From positions 64,001-128,000 of IMG/VR virus record IMGVR_UViG_3300044852_000015: 64,000 nt of DNA; one strand, written 5' to 3'. How positions within the stretch are numbered: the first letter of the stretch is position 1; each line of letters opens with the position of its first letter. This DNA is from a virus (Duplodnaviria; Caudoviricetes). Made by a program: the position numbers and the translations under genes. The notes below the pieces were generated by a model that was not told the DNA's origin, did not search any database, and saw only the letters and a program-made list of their open reading frames with translations. Positions 17,720 through 26,851 of the stretch are shown here, in pieces.

Positions 17720-18199
17720 TTACAATCTGTATTCAATTGGACCAGTGCCTTTTGGCAGCGGCTTCATGCGAGTGCGACGACGCGGCTTCTTCACGGCCTC
17801 GGGGACGTACTTGAACAGCGCGGGTGCAGTGAAGTCAGGTTGTCCGTGACGCACTTGTACCAGTATCGCCAACATCGGGACTTGTGGTGGGTTAGACCAG
17901 TCCATCTCGATGGTGTTCCAGTCGCTCCAACGGATACAGGACATCAGTCGACCTTGCGCCCACTTTTCGATACCTTGGGACTTGATCGACCGTTTGATCG
18001 AGGCCGCAGTACTGTGGAGCGGACCGTCTTCGTTGTGTGTGCCGTAGAAGTAGTAGTTGTCCAGATCCGTACCCACAGCAATCTCGTAGTAGGTCAGGTT
18101 GGAGGCGATGGGTTTGGTTACGAGGAAACAACGAGTACCCGCAAAAGCCGCAGAACGGTTAGTGGAGTACTCTTTCAGTTGCCGAACAATCAAACTCAT
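17720..18199 (-). CDS. hypothetical protein
   Basis: start moved to MSLIVRQ (ATGA overlap). Confidence 0.7.
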   Translation of the reverse strand: MSLIVRQLKEYSTNRSAAFAGTRCFLVTKPIASNLTYYEIAVGTDLDNYYFYGTHNEDGPLHSTAASIKRSIKSQGIEKWAQGRLMSCIRWSDWNTIEMDWSNPPQVPMLAILVQVRHGQPDFTAPALFKYVPEAVKKPRRRTRMKPLPKGTGPIEYRL

Positions 18200-18606
18200 A
18201 CCGCACCTTCCTTCTTCGTGTAGTGGTTGAGGATCACACGGCACTCGCCTTCGGTTGGTGGGCGTGGTGGAGTAGTCTCGAACATCAACCACATGGCCTC
18301 CGTCCGTCCACGAGACTTATACCAACCCACCCACAGACAGACAGGTTGTGAATTCATGCGACCTTTCTCGTCTTCACGTGGCAGCACGTCCATGTCGAGA
18401 AGGCTCACGGTCGCGAAGTGCTGGTTCTCTTCGCACTGATGGTTGATGCGGGAGTTGTCCTGCGTCTCAGCCAGATCCCGGATCTCGTTGCAGGTAGCAC
18501 AGTTCCAGTTCTCGCCGTTGAAAGGTCCTTTCAAGAATCCACACGTAGGGTCTTGACCTTGCCAAGTTTTACCACGGGCTTTACAGGCTTCACATTCAGT
18601 AGTCAT
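18196..18606 (-). CDS. Cys-rich, probably Zn-binding, phage protein
   Basis: CEAC...C...NWNCATC and WYKSRGRTE. Confidence 0.7.
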   Translation of the reverse strand: MTTECEACKARGKTWQGQDPTCGFLKGPFNGENWNCATCNEIRDLAETQDNSRINHQCEENQHFATVSLLDMDVLPREDEKGRMNSQPVCLWVGWYKSRGRTEAMWLMFETTPPRPPTEGECRVILNHYTKKEGAV

Positions 18607-19205
18607 TACGCAGCTCTCTTGAGTTCGTTCCCATACTGGTCGAGGAATTTAGTGGCACGTGCCATTCCTTCGTCCGTGTAGAGATTAATCCGATTCTTAA
18701 TGCCGAACTTAATCGACGTTTGTAGGGCTTGGTTAGTACCACCACTGACCTTCTCATCTTTACCCACCGGACGAGCCCAATACAACAACGAGCTAATCGG
18801 ATCGGTGAGACAGTGGCCCATCACTTGGTAGATGTTGCGGGAATGCATTGCCCGAGCACCACGCTTACAGTGGTCCCAAGCTGGGTGGATCTCTGATGCT
18901 AAGGAGTTAGCCGTTTCCCACGTCGGGAACTTACTGGCGTCGTAGAAGTAGTTCTTCGGATCATGATGACGACCACGGACGCCATCCCAAGCCAAATAAA
19001 TACGGGCTCCCAAGACGTGATAATGAGGAGACACTATCGCCCCCTCATAGAACGCTGTGTCAGCCCCCTCAGCGTCGCCTGAGGACAACGCGTAACCTTG
19101 GGCATACAAAGCCACGCTAATACGCCGCATAAGCGCCAAGATCTCCTCAGGCGTTTCTCGACTACCTACCCCAGCGAACCAACCTTTGAATGGAATCGGT
19201 AACAT
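18606..19205 (-). CDS. SLOG-superfamily (DprA/Smf/YspA-like) nucleotide-binding protein
   Basis: FAGVGSRETP, LSSGDAEGADTAF, HSRNIYQVMG, SGGT motifs. Confidence 0.8.
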   Translation of the reverse strand: MLPIPFKGWFAGVGSRETPEEILALMRRISVALYAQGYALSSGDAEGADTAFYEGAIVSPHYHVLGARIYLAWDGVRGRHHDPKNYFYDASKFPTWETANSLASEIHPAWDHCKRGARAMHSRNIYQVMGHCLTDPISSLLYWARPVGKDEKVSGGTNQALQTSIKFGIKNRINLYTDEGMARATKFLDQYGNELKRAA

Positions 19206-19217
19206 GGGTCAGGTACC

Positions 19218-19550
19218 TCATCCGTTAAAAGACAGGTACCACTCATCCGCAGACAGATCCGGCAAAGGACCTCGCACCTTAAAGGAAGTGACCTTCATTT
19301 GGTCGCCGTTCAAGTCGCGGGTGTAAACCATATGGCCAACCAGTTCAGTGGCACTACGTTCCACACGACCAAAACCCACACCCACCCGAGTGTGTTCAGC
19401 CAAGTTGAAGTCCGGGTGGGTCTGGAGGTGGTTGACCAGTAACGCGAAGGTGTCAAAACCAACACGTTCTACGTTACTGACTACTGGGACCTCTACCCCT
19501 TGCTGGTCTAGATAGACGAGTTCAAAGGGGGCAAGTTGGCTAGGGAGCAT
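19218..19550 (-). CDS. hypothetical protein
   Basis: 110 aa ORF with GAGG RBS. Confidence 0.65.
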   Translation of the reverse strand: MLPSQLAPFELVYLDQQGVEVPVVSNVERVGFDTFALLVNHLQTHPDFNLAEHTRVGVGFGRVERSATELVGHMVYTRDLNGDQMKVTSFKVRGPLPDLSADEWYLSFNG

Positions 19551-19942
19551 ATCGGTTCCTCATCCCCGTCCAAGTCAAGTTGAACGAAGAGGTTGTTGTT
19601 GATGATTTGGAAGTGGTTCATCGTGTAGACATACCACTCTGCCTTCTTGAGAATTGGCGCTAGGTACGGGTACATAGCGTTATAGAGTAGCCAGATAAAT
19701 TCGTAGAACTCCGGAGACTTCAAGTCTTCGAGGTAATTACAATCTTCTTCCTCATCTTCATTCTCGATCAACATATCCAAATACATGTGGAACAGGTGCC
19801 CAACAACATCTCGCTCTTTGTAATCCTTGTCCTGTAACATGAAAGTGGCGACAAAGTCTACGCAGTAGTACATGTGTTTCTCGACCCGCCCAGACGCATT
19901 GCGATAAATGTGCCCGAGCGGTATCAACAGTTTCTGTTCCAC
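19508..19942 (-). CDS. acidic hypothetical protein
   Basis: 144 aa, GTG start with GGAGG RBS. Confidence 0.7.
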   Translation of the reverse strand: MEQKLLIPLGHIYRNASGRVEKHMYYCVDFVATFMLQDKDYKERDVVGHLFHMYLDMLIENEDEEEDCNYLEDLKSPEFYEFIWLLYNAMYPYLAPILKKAEWYVYTMNHFQIINNNLFVQLDLDGDEEPICSLANLPPLNSSI

Positions 19943-19950
19943 GAGACCTC

Positions 19951-20181
19951 CTAGTACGGGTAGACTTTAAGGGTCCACAGTAGGATGGACAACATCTGTC
20001 CGAGGAAAAGAAAACACAGGCCTTGGTAGATCATCCATTCCTCGACACGACCTTCCCACGAGATCCGCAGGGCATGAATCCAATCTTTAGGGTGGAGCCC
20101 TAACCAGCGGACACAGATATACAGCAGACCTAGCAACCAGCAAAGTACGCCCAATACCAGACCAACTACAAATACGTTCAT
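19951..20181 (-). CDS. small membrane protein
   Basis: two hydrophobic helices; AAGGA RBS. Confidence 0.7.
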   Translation of the reverse strand: MNVFVVGLVLGVLCWLLGLLYICVRWLGLHPKDWIHALRISWEGRVEEWMIYQGLCFLFLGQMLSILLWTLKVYPY

Positions 20182-20203
20182 TATCTTGCTTCCTTAAGCC
20201 AGA

Positions 20204-20234
20204 GGGTATAAAAGGCTCTCCCGAAGGAGAGCCT
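20204..20234 (-). terminator. terminator + TTTTATAC
   Basis: aggctctcc-cgaa-ggagagcct. Confidence 0.75.
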
Positions 20235-20239
20235 CAGTT

Positions 20240-20704
20240 TCAACCGTACACGCCTTGCACAGCCATCCACGTCGTAAGCAGTACACTCATCACCAAGATG
20301 ATGAAAGAGATCTTTTGATCGGCCTTGCGGTGTACGTTACCTTTCGTCTTGGTGAGTTTCCAGACGTCGTCCCACTTACTGACATTCATACCAGCTACAC
20401 TGATCGCCCATAGACCACGGTAGAGCACAAACGTGCCGAAGTACATCACCACACCCCACGCCACAGCGAGCTTGGTAACCCCATTGTGACCGAAGCCCCA
20501 GTTAGCCAGACTAGCCACCACACAGAGAGTGGTGACGGCACCGACCATGTACCAGAAAGGAGTTTCTTTGGCCACCATAGTGAAGACCAACGTGGGGACA
20601 TAATCCTTGAAGCGGAGTCCACACACTTTGATGATCACGATCAGTGCGAGTACCAGTGAGATACCGATCCCGGCCACCAAGCCGTTTAAGATTGCTTCAG
20701 ACAT
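20240..20704 (-). CDS. multi-pass membrane protein
   Basis: about 4 hydrophobic helices. Confidence 0.75.
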   Translation of the reverse strand: MSEAILNGLVAGIGISLVLALIVIIKVCGLRFKDYVPTLVFTMVAKETPFWYMVGAVTTLCVVASLANWGFGHNGVTKLAVAWGVVMYFGTFVLYRGLWAISVAGMNVSKWDDVWKLTKTKGNVHRKADQKISFIILVMSVLLTTWMAVQGVYG

Positions 20705-20939
20705 GGTTTCTTCCCAGAACGTAAAAGATCATTGCGATAAATGCTGCAATCAAAGCTGCGTTAACCACCATGTGCCAGAAATCATTCCGGGTCTTGGGGT
20801 CAAGGATGGCTACATGGTACGTAGCCTCAGGCCACTGCCAGAGTTTCCACCGACAGTTGATCCACCCGATGTGGATAAACAACAGGGCCAACAAAATTGA
20901 CCATGCTGAGAAAAACGGTTTCAACAATTCCCAATGCAT
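20697..20939 (-). CDS. small membrane protein
   Basis: start moved to MHWELL (GGGAG RBS); two TM segments. Confidence 0.65.
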   Translation of the reverse strand: MHWELLKPFFSAWSILLALLFIHIGWINCRWKLWQWPEATYHVAILDPKTRNDFWHMVVNAALIAAFIAMIFYVLGRNHV

Positions 20940-20955
20940 CACACTACTCCCACAA

Positions 20956-21837
20956 TTAACGGTTACCAATATTGTCGCCGGGTTCTTCGTGTTCGTCTTC
21001 GAACGCTACTTCGTCGTACTCTAAGTCGACTTCTTGTGTGGTATTACGGTCCAGCATTGCTGCGATGTGTAAGTGACGGTACAGTCGTGGTAAGAATCGC
21101 GCATGACGGTAGATGATCTGTCCATCAATGTAGCGACGGAAGTTCCACGTAAACAGATAAAGCGCTAACCGCCGTACCGACTTGAGTCCTGGTTCAGAGA
21201 AGTCAAACTCGTCCATTAGCCTCATGCGATTAATCTTACGCCAGAACTCTTCAAAGCTGTAGTGGAATTGAATCCACTCCATCTTACCCTGAGGATAGGC
21301 GTCCACAGAGATCTGGAGATACTCGTCGGTGTGTACCTTGAGTAGGTCTTCGATGAGGTGTAGGTACTGGGTCTTCTGTTCAAAGAAATACAGCATCCCA
21401 AACTGAGCACCCATCAAACCGTAGTTACCTTGGCCAGTTCCGGCTAACGGATTGTTCTTCAGGCGTTCCTTCTCCCACGCTTGGTCTTCCATCAGCTTTT
21501 GATGTATACGCTGCTGCTGAGCTTTCGTCTTAAAGTACGTCTCATCTTTAAGCGACTTAAGGAACCCATTGTAGGTAGGGTGTTCCATACGCAGAGCCAC
21601 TAGGATTTCTGCAATGTTGCGAGGTACCTTCAGATCGTAGACCAGATGACCGATTACCCGTTGAGTGAACGTGATGGAGACATAAGGCTTGTCGTCCAAC
21701 TGCTCCAGACCCAACTCCACTGCGATGAAGTCCACCTCGTCAGGCAACGCTGGGGTTAGCTTAGCTCGTTGTTCCGGCGTCAACGCTACCCCACGGCGAC
21801 CGTAGCAGTAGATTCTTTTTGGCTTCTTCTCTGTCAT
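20956..21837 (-). CDS. hypothetical protein
   Basis: 293 aa with GAGG RBS. Confidence 0.8.
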   Translation of the reverse strand: MTEKKPKRIYCYGRRGVALTPEQRAKLTPALPDEVDFIAVELGLEQLDDKPYVSITFTQRVIGHLVYDLKVPRNIAEILVALRMEHPTYNGFLKSLKDETYFKTKAQQQRIHQKLMEDQAWEKERLKNNPLAGTGQGNYGLMGAQFGMLYFFEQKTQYLHLIEDLLKVHTDEYLQISVDAYPQGKMEWIQFHYSFEEFWRKINRMRLMDEFDFSEPGLKSVRRLALYLFTWNFRRYIDGQIIYRHARFLPRLYRHLHIAAMLDRNTTQEVDLEYDEVAFEDEHEEPGDNIGNR

Positions 21838-21898
21838 CAGAGCACCTCTTGTTTAGTAATGAGCGATGTAGGACGGGACTCCGAGGAGTCCCTATGTA

Positions 21899-22147
21899 TC
21901 AGAAGCCACGATATGGTCGGGCTACTTCGTGTTGCGTTGGTTCTGGACCCCAGTCTTCACGAGGACGGTCTGGGATACCCATTCGGATACGATGGTTACG
22001 TTGCCGATCCATCACACCGATCTGGTGTCCTTCTTTGTACGACTTCTTGAGTGTCCGATCACCCGACCACTTAGAAGGTTTGCTAGCTCGAGCGTCAGAG
22101 TACCCTTTCGAGAACGCAGCAGCTCGACGTTGTGTCGTCTTTGACAT
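21899..22147 (-). CDS. small basic protein, weakly RMF-like
   Basis: AFSKGYSDARASK...SYKEGH pattern loosely resembles ribosome modulation factor. Confidence 0.55.
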   Translation of the reverse strand: MSKTTQRRAAAFSKGYSDARASKPSKWSGDRTLKKSYKEGHQIGVMDRQRNHRIRMGIPDRPREDWGPEPTQHEVARPYRGF

Positions 22148-22149
22148 TA

Positions 22150-22866
22150 TTACATCCTTGGAATTACGACCCCGACTTGGGATTGGTATTTACCGCCACG
22201 GTCTTTGTAAGAGGTTTCACACTCTTCGTCAGACTCAAGGAACAACATCTGCGCTACGCCTTCGTTCGCGTAGATCTTCGCAGGTAGGTTCGTGGTGTTC
22301 GAGAACTCCAGTGTGACGTGTCCTTCCCACTCAGGTTCCAGCGGGGTTACGTTCACGATGATGCCACAACGGGCGTACGTGGACTTACCCAGACAGATGG
22401 TCAACACGTTGCGTGGGATACGGAAGTACTCCACGGTACGAGCCAACACAAACGAGTTAGGCGGAATGATGCACACGTCGCCTTCGAAGTCAACGAAACA
22501 GTCTGGATCGAAGTCCTTGGGGTCAATCTGGGACGAGTTGATGTTGGTGAAGATCTTGAACTCGTTCGCGCAACGCACGTCGTAACCGTACGAGGACGTA
22601 CCGTAGGAGATGATCTTCTGACCGTCACGTTCCCGCACTTGACCGGGTTCAAACGGTTCGATCATCGGTTTGAAACCTTTCACCAGAGGGTGATAAGGTT
22701 TCAGTTTACCCGCCCAGAAACGGTTCTCCAGATCCTGGAGTTGATCAGCCGTGTGGGTGTTACCTTCCCACGCCAGACTGGCGATGTCGCTGCTACCAGA
22801 ACGGGCAGCGATGGAATGGGTTGGAGGCATGGATTTACGGCGAATCCACTTGTCTGGCTTGATCAT
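22150..22866 (-). CDS. dcd: dCTP deaminase with an about 50 aa N-terminal insertion
   Basis: [60 protein letters not shown]. Confidence 0.97.
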   Translation of the reverse strand: MIKPDKWIRRKSMPPTHSIAARSGSSDIASLAWEGNTHTADQLQDLENRFWAGKLKPYHPLVKGFKPMIEPFEPGQVRERDGQKIISYGTSSYGYDVRCANEFKIFTNINSSQIDPKDFDPDCFVDFEGDVCIIPPNSFVLARTVEYFRIPRNVLTICLGKSTYARCGIIVNVTPLEPEWEGHVTLEFSNTTNLPAKIYANEGVAQMLFLESDEECETSYKDRGGKYQSQVGVVIPRM

Positions 22867-23291
22867 TGTTGATCCTTGCTAACGGTTGGCACAGGAGGCA
22901 CTTCGCCCCACAGTTGAGTTGTCCACTTCTCATTCTCGGTAACGACAATGTAGGTCAGTGGAAGGAAACGTTTGGCGTCGTAGTTCAGCGTACCACCCAA
23001 GAAGGTCAGGGAGACCTCGGGGTGGTAGTAAGCAAAGCCCAGATTGAAAGAATCGGGACGCAGGCCCAGTCGAGCATGGATCTCCTCCGCACGGGCTTCC
23101 ATCTGGAAGGACGATTCGCTATCCGACAGGAACTTACCCCGGCACTTGGGATGTGCATCGAGATAGACCAGCAGGTCTTCCAGCGTTCCTTTATACAGCG
23201 ACAGCGTCTTGGCCTTCTCAGGCATTGGTTGGTTTTGATCGAATAGCATTACTCTGCCCTCAGAGATACAGATTGCGGTACGTGGTGTCAT
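22863..23291 (-). CDS. hypothetical protein
   Basis: 142 aa ORF; start uncertain. Confidence 0.65.
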   Translation of the reverse strand: MTPRTAICISEGRVMLFDQNQPMPEKAKTLSLYKGTLEDLLVYLDAHPKCRGKFLSDSESSFQMEARAEEIHARLGLRPDSFNLGFAYYHPEVSLTFLGGTLNYDAKRFLPLTYIVVTENEKWTTQLWGEVPPVPTVSKDQQ

Positions 23292-23550
23292 CCAGTACCA
23301 AGAAATGTTCAGGTGTTACTTCCACCACCCAGTCACCGGGATTCACCAACAACTTACCTTGGCGAGTGGTGATCACACCCATGACCGACCACTGGTACAT
23401 GCGTTCGTCACGAGAGCAACCAGAAGTACCAATCAGCTTATGGACTTCCATGTAGCTGGTGCCGGTGACTTTAGGGTGATCTAGGCACTCGTAGCCATTA
23501 ATAGCTTCGGTGTTCCAACGGGTAGCTTTTTGTATCGCCAACAGAGCCAT
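23260..23550 (-). CDS. small protein with a PGDW (PGDYG-like) motif
   Basis: GVITTRQGKLLVNPGDWVV...F...Y pattern seen in a widespread small phage family. Confidence 0.6.
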   Translation of the reverse strand: MALLAIQKATRWNTEAINGYECLDHPKVTGTSYMEVHKLIGTSGCSRDERMYQWSVMGVITTRQGKLLVNPGDWVVEVTPEHFLVLDDTTYRNLYL

Positions 23551-23554
23551 TACT

Positions 23555-23932
23555 TCACCTTCTTAGGTAGGACGACGGGATTGCTTCAGCTTCGAACAGA
23601 TTAGCGATAGCGAGGGTATCAGAGAACACGACTACCCGCTTGTGGTTACACGAACGGATATATGTATTGACTTCTGCCAACACTTTAGACAACTCCAGAC
23701 CTCGCATCAGTTGTATTGTGGACACACTAACAAGGTGTGCGTTGATTACAGCCTGAAACGATTCAACGTTGTGATCAAGGTTGTACAGTGCAGCAAAGGT
23801 AGTCTCAGGGAAATCGTCATGACGGTGGTGTTGGGTCACAAACAGTACGTTACAGTCGTACTGCTTTAAGGCATAGCCAAATGCCTCAGTTAAAGTACCT
23901 TTGTACATCTTGGTGCCGTCTGCCAACTTCAT
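23555..23932 (-). CDS. hypothetical protein
   Basis: start moved to MKLADG, downstream of the terminator. Confidence 0.7.
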   Translation of the reverse strand: MKLADGTKMYKGTLTEAFGYALKQYDCNVLFVTQHHRHDDFPETTFAALYNLDHNVESFQAVINAHLVSVSTIQLMRGLELSKVLAEVNTYIRSCNHKRVVVFSDTLAIANLFEAEAIPSSYLRR

Positions 23933-23961
23933 AAATGGGTCACCTAGATAAAATAAAATGG

Positions 23962-23991
23962 GGGCATAAAAGCAGGGGACCAAAGTCCCCC
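23962..23991 (-). terminator. terminator + TTTTATGCC
   Basis: ggggac/gtcccc stem. Confidence 0.6.
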
Positions 23992-23996
23992 ACTAT

Positions 23997-24257
23997 TTAT
24001 ACGTCGTGATACTCGGGGCGTAAGGCCACCCAAGCACCATTACTCCGTGCACAGTGCAACTGTTGCTGAACCACTAGACACTGGTAGTGAGTGCCAGCGA
24101 ACAGTACACCAGTCGCAGTGTGTGGACGGACCTGCCAACGCTTCCAGAACCAGCGGCCCGTACGTTCAACCACGTACTGGATGTGGTGCTGAGCCGCGAG
24201 GTACCCAGGACTTTCCAGCACTGTTGGGTGATCAGTCGCATCCGGAGGTTTCATCAA
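23997..24257 (-). CDS. hypothetical protein
   Basis: 86 aa ORF overlapping the upstream stop. Confidence 0.6.
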   Translation of the reverse strand: MMKPPDATDHPTVLESPGYLAAQHHIQYVVERTGRWFWKRWQVRPHTATGVLFAGTHYQCLVVQQQLHCARSNGAWVALRPEYHDV

Positions 24258-24517
24258 TAAGCCGCCATGGTTGAGTGAGAGGTATCGCAGATGGTGACCT
24301 TGACGTGCTTCTGACTGATCAACTGGTAGACTTTACAGTCACCAATGGTCGCAATCAGTTCGTGGTTGGTTGTCAGCGCTTGAGGGTTCGCCAAGTTGGC
24401 CGCACGGATCTCGTCACGCTCAGCCCTAGCCAACATCGCCAGACTGACAACCACCATTCCAACCATCAAGGCGTACAGTCCCCACCATGTACGGAAGTGC
24501 TTCTGCACCCAATTCAC
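24254..24517 (-). CDS. membrane-anchored small protein
   Basis: WWGLYALMVGMVVVSLAML TM segment; GTGA coupling. Confidence 0.7.
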   Translation of the reverse strand: MNWVQKHFRTWWGLYALMVGMVVVSLAMLARAERDEIRAANLANPQALTTNHELIATIGDCKVYQLISQKHVKVTICDTSHSTMAAY

Positions 24518-25398
24518 TGACGCACAGCCTTGACATTGGCCGTGATAGCCTTGGTGATAGCGCGCTTGACGTCACGAGCTTCCTTGGGGTCCATGTTGGC
24601 GTGGTAGGCGTTGTTGTACACCACTTGGGCCGCCATGGCGTAGGTGTCGATCGAGAACATTTTGTTGTCGGTAGGGATGCCCGAGTCACCTTTGCTGGTC
24701 AGAGCGAACGGAGTGTAAAGAGGGTTCTCGTTACGATCCTTGGCTTTAGCGAAAGAGGACTCACCGATCTCACCGATCCACAGGCTGTCTTTGTAGTCGT
24801 CAGTGATGTCGCTGCTGATCAGACCCGAACGACCCACGTACAGAATGCCGCCAACTTCCACACGCACGCCGGACTTCATAGTGAAGCCCTGCGATGCCGC
24901 TTCTGCCGCTTCCAGCCAGCTATCGAATTCGACAGTTTTGATGTTGGCGTAATCCGGGTCAACCGCTGCAAAGTTCTTGACGGTCACTTCGGCACCAGAA
25001 CCAGAAACATAACCCACAGCGCGGGTCAGGTTTTCTGCATCGACCATACTGGAGAACTTCTTCACGCCAGTCTTACCGTGAAGCCAGAAGATGACCTCGG
25101 TGTGAGCGTTGGTCACAGTGATGTCGCGAGGCAGACCGAGGCTGGACACAGCATCAGCTTGCATGATCGCCATGACACAATCGCCTTCTTTGAGCAGGTG
25201 TGCGTTTTCCACCGAACCGCCGGTGTTCAAGACTTCAAGCTTGGCGCCAATCTTCTTGGCAATGTCCTTACCGATACCGGTACCCAACGACTCGTAGGCG
25301 CCAGTAGGACCACCAGTACAGAAGGTCAGGTCAGCAGGGGCGGCCAGTGCAACAGTGGATGCCAAAGCGAGGGCCAGGCCAATGAACAACTTTTTCAT
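24514..25398 (-). CDS. TAXI-family TRAP solute-binding protein with signal peptide
   Basis: MKKLFIGLALALASTVALA signal; FCTGGPTGAYESLG, TGGSVENAHLL, MAIMQADA, GSGAEVT motifs. Confidence 0.8.
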   Translation of the reverse strand: MKKLFIGLALALASTVALAAPADLTFCTGGPTGAYESLGTGIGKDIAKKIGAKLEVLNTGGSVENAHLLKEGDCVMAIMQADAVSSLGLPRDITVTNAHTEVIFWLHGKTGVKKFSSMVDAENLTRAVGYVSGSGAEVTVKNFAAVDPDYANIKTVEFDSWLEAAEAASQGFTMKSGVRVEVGGILYVGRSGLISSDITDDYKDSLWIGEIGESSFAKAKDRNENPLYTPFALTSKGDSGIPTDNKMFSIDTYAMAAQVVYNNAYHANMDPKEARDVKRAITKAITANVKAVRQ

Positions 25399-26165
25399 GC
25401 TTTTACTCCAACGGGTTTTTGGTTTGTGTTATTAGAGGATGTTACTTTCAACTCAGCTTTCCACTGTCCGTTCTCGACCCAGAGTAAGATGAGCATCATG
25501 CTGTTGCGGATCAGGGTTGGTGTGTGACCCGTGTTCCAAGAGATACCCTCAAAGAACGTCAGGGTGAAGTTTCCATCGTAGACACGCACCAACAGCGAGT
25601 TGATCCTATCGCGATCAAAGTCACCCTCTTCCAGCTTCAAGTGGAAGTCATCACGAAGCGTTACATCCACAGCGTGATGGGTGTGATCCACCGAAATGAC
25701 TTTGTAGGGTTCCGACACGACATCGAAAGTTACCAAGGTCTGGATGGTAAAGTGTGGCTCTTCACGAGTCCCACTGAAACCAACACTGCGGATACCGAAG
25801 CTCAGATCACTCTCGGGTTCCTTCAGGAGCTGGCGAACGCGATCAGCCATCGGTCCCGTGGGTTTGAAACGACCAGTGAGTCTGTTCTCAGACACACCAC
25901 CCGCCACGATCATACCGCAGACCCGATCCTCGTACACAGCCGCTGCACGGTGGACTACGTCGCTGTACCCTAGATTATCGACGTTGGGTGTACCGAACTC
26001 CACGTAGATCGGAGTACGCTTGAGCAGTTCCTGGAACTTACCCTCAACCTGTTTAGGATCGTAGACCCGCCCGCTGGGGGCTGGTTTACCGAGGGTTGCC
26101 AAAGTGACGTAGTAATAACCGTCAGCATCAGGCGTGAGGTCTTTCACTGGATTATGTCCAATCAT
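25395..26165 (-). CDS. prohead-protease-like (T4 gp21/phiKZ gp175 fold) protein, catalytic residues lost, C-terminal extension
   Basis: start MIGHNP; DGYYYVTL, SGRVY, VEFGTP (cf. GE.GHP), SFGIRS (cf. FSIRS), VTFDVVSEP. Confidence 0.7.
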   Translation of the reverse strand: MIGHNPVKDLTPDADGYYYVTLATLGKPAPSGRVYDPKQVEGKFQELLKRTPIYVEFGTPNVDNLGYSDVVHRAAAVYEDRVCGMIVAGGVSENRLTGRFKPTGPMADRVRQLLKEPESDLSFGIRSVGFSGTREEPHFTIQTLVTFDVVSEPYKVISVDHTHHAVDVTLRDDFHLKLEEGDFDRDRINSLLVRVYDGNFTLTFFEGISWNTGHTPTLIRNSMMLILLWVENGQWKAELKVTSSNNTNQKPVGVKA

Positions 26166-26656
26166 ACTGGAACTCTTGGTGAAATGTCTGAAAGGTCTGA
26201 TAGCACCAAGTCCCACGTTACAATGGCCTTGAGATCAGTACGGTCAGCCGGGTTGGCAAACCCTCGCATCCTGAAAGACAGGGTATCGTCTTCAGTGGCT
26301 AAAATGTCTTGCACTAACGAGGCCATAGGACCCAGCGGTTTGAAGTGGGCGATCAGATGTTCGTCTCTACCACGTATGTCGGCACCCCCACGGATCAGTA
26401 CACCACACACCCGCCGTTCGTCAACAATAGTGCGGCGACTATGCGCTTCCAGTTGAGTCAGCATAGCGACTCGCGGCTGCCCGTATTCAACGTACATCGG
26501 AGCACCACGGTTCAAGCGATCAATGAACGCTTTGCGCACCGTGTCCGGCTGATACGTGAAACCGCCACGCTCGGGTGTTCCTAATTGACCGAGGACTACA
26601 CGGTAGTAACCGTCTTCGTCTACCTTCAGATGATTGACTTTGTTGTCACCAATCAT
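26162..26656 (-). CDS. second prohead-protease-like paralogue, catalytic residues lost
   Basis: start MIGDNK; DGYYRVVL, VEYGQP, SFRMRG, VTWDLV. Confidence 0.7.
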   Translation of the reverse strand: MIGDNKVNHLKVDEDGYYRVVLGQLGTPERGGFTYQPDTVRKAFIDRLNRGAPMYVEYGQPRVAMLTQLEAHSRRTIVDERRVCGVLIRGGADIRGRDEHLIAHFKPLGPMASLVQDILATEDDTLSFRMRGFANPADRTDLKAIVTWDLVLSDLSDISPRVPV

Positions 26657-26820
26657 ACTGGAACTCCTCGCTCGCGACAGGCTTGCTTGTATTCTTCGAT
26701 CATCGTGAAGAGGTTGTTCTTGTGGCGGATGTTCAGGCGGCGACAACGCTTGACCTTGGCCTCCTCTTTCTTAATGGCCGCTTGCATCTTTGCAAGTACT
26801 TCTTCTTGATCGTCTGGCAC
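26653..26820 (-). CDS. small helical early protein, 55 aa (MPDDQEEVLAKMQAAIKKEE...RGVPV), not in the ORF track
   Basis: GTG start with AAGGA RBS, first gene after the early promoter, ATGA-coupled to the next gene. Confidence 0.65.
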   Translation of the reverse strand: MPDDQEEVLAKMQAAIKKEEAKVKRCRRLNIRHKNNLFTMIEEYKQACRERGVPV

Positions 26821-26851
26821 GGTGAAATCCTTATTAAGATCAACTACGTGA

